DNA of 63,623 bases, counting the filler, from Octopus bimaculoides (lineage: Eukaryota): assembly GCF_001194135.2 (NCBI RefSeq). It is 5 parts of 4 records of this genome, joined end to end, with 100 filler letters (N's around TTAATTAATTAA, not from the genome) between each part and the next. Parts side by side here need not be neighbours in the genome. Positions count along the whole stretch, not along the records: positions 61,541 to 63,623 come from NW_026337876.1; 4 more parts are not named here. One strand, given 5' to 3'. The notes beneath the pieces were generated by a model. It saw only the letters and a list, made by a program, of their open reading frames with translations. It made no database searches and was not told the origin of the DNA. The position numbers and the translations under genes were made by a program. Below, piece after piece: positions 63,000 through 63,623 of this stretch (within the stretch, counting starts at the first letter, position 1; every line of letters starts with the position of its first letter).

Positions 63000-63345
63000 A
63001 GCGCTATCAGTACCGTCCGAGCGTGATCATTGCCAGAGCAGCTGTCTAGCTTCTGTGCCGGTGACATGTAAATAGCACCATTTGAGCGTGTTCATTACCA
63101 GCTTCGCCTTCCTGGCACTTGTGCCAGTGGCACATGAAAAAACATTCGAGCGAGGTCACTGCCAGTGCCGCTGGACTGGCTCCTGTGTAGGTGGCACGTA
63201 AAAGCACCATTTGAGCATGGCCGTTGCCAGTACCGCCTGACTGGCCCTCATGCCAGTGGCACGTAAAAGCACCCACTACACTCTCGGAGTGGTCAGCGTT
63301 AGGAAGGGCATCCAGCTGTAGAAGTTCTGCCAGATCAGATTGAAG
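63000..63345 (+). mobile_element. SINE-like element with ~63-68-bp internal tandem units (gtggcacgtaaaagcacc)
   Basis: Four units followed by ggagtggt..gcgttaggaagggcatccagctgtagaa; related to 10150-10420. Confidence 0.65.
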
Positions 63346-63354
63346 CCTAATGTC

Positions 63355-63590
63355 TATAAACAACATGACTATTACAAATGAGCATCATCACCATTATGCA
63401 AATGAGGGTGTTCATTTCCAGTCTTCTGCAAGAAAAGCATGTCTGCCAATGGGGGGGAATAATACCGTGCATGGATACTGAAGAGGGTTAACAACCAGAA
63501 TGGTATTTGGCTGTAGAAAAATCGACCTTACCAAATTCCATCTGACTCATGAAAGCACAGGAAAGTGGGCCTAAAATGACGATGGAGGGG
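63355..63590 (+). mobile_element. 3' part of an RTE-tailed SINE-like element, diverged
   Basis: ggctgtagaaaaatc..caaattccatctgactcatgaaagca..gtggg..taaaatgacgatg, a tail resembling that at 10365-10420. Confidence 0.45.
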
Positions 63591-63623
63591 GGGTATCTTT
63601 TACTTGTTTCAGTCATTAGACTG

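Noticed and set aside
63040-63275. Repeat-spacer-like array resembling CRISPR (gtggcacgtaaaagcacc every ~65 bp)
   Set aside because: The 'spacers' are similar to each other (tgccagt.ccgc..gactggc), so this is a tandem unit inside a eukaryotic SINE-like element; no cas genes are present.

Overview
Repeat-rich, AT-rich animal genomic DNA from a gapped draft assembly. The repeat repertoire and the protocadherin type point to an octopus (coleoid cephalopod); this is inferred, not database-checked. One real gene is visible: a minus-strand cephalopod-type protocadherin. Its 2.4-kb exon (13363-15787) encodes signal peptide, six cadherin repeats, transmembrane helix and the proximal tail. It has a splice acceptor just upstream of its ATG and ends in a phase-0 GTAAGT donor. 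I also found a probable second coding exon (2286-2436) that the ORF track misses, about 10.9 kb downstream, ending in a YEEIPG motif. Everything else is transposon debris and microsatellite: at least four SINE-like families, five R4/Dong-like restriction-like-endonuclease LINE fragments next to (AAT)n tracts, a recurring ~540-bp AAT-tailed non-coding element, RTE fragments, Penelope relics (one with a decayed hammerhead-like motif), three Tc1/mariner relics and a TTAA-flanked MITE. Four N44-TTAATTAATTAA-N44 pads are scaffold joins of unknown true size, so distances across 20.2, 51.8, 56.7 and 61.4 kb are unreliable. Most ORFs in the track are microsatellite or N-gap artefacts. TE boundaries are approximate and family names come from motif recognition, not searches.
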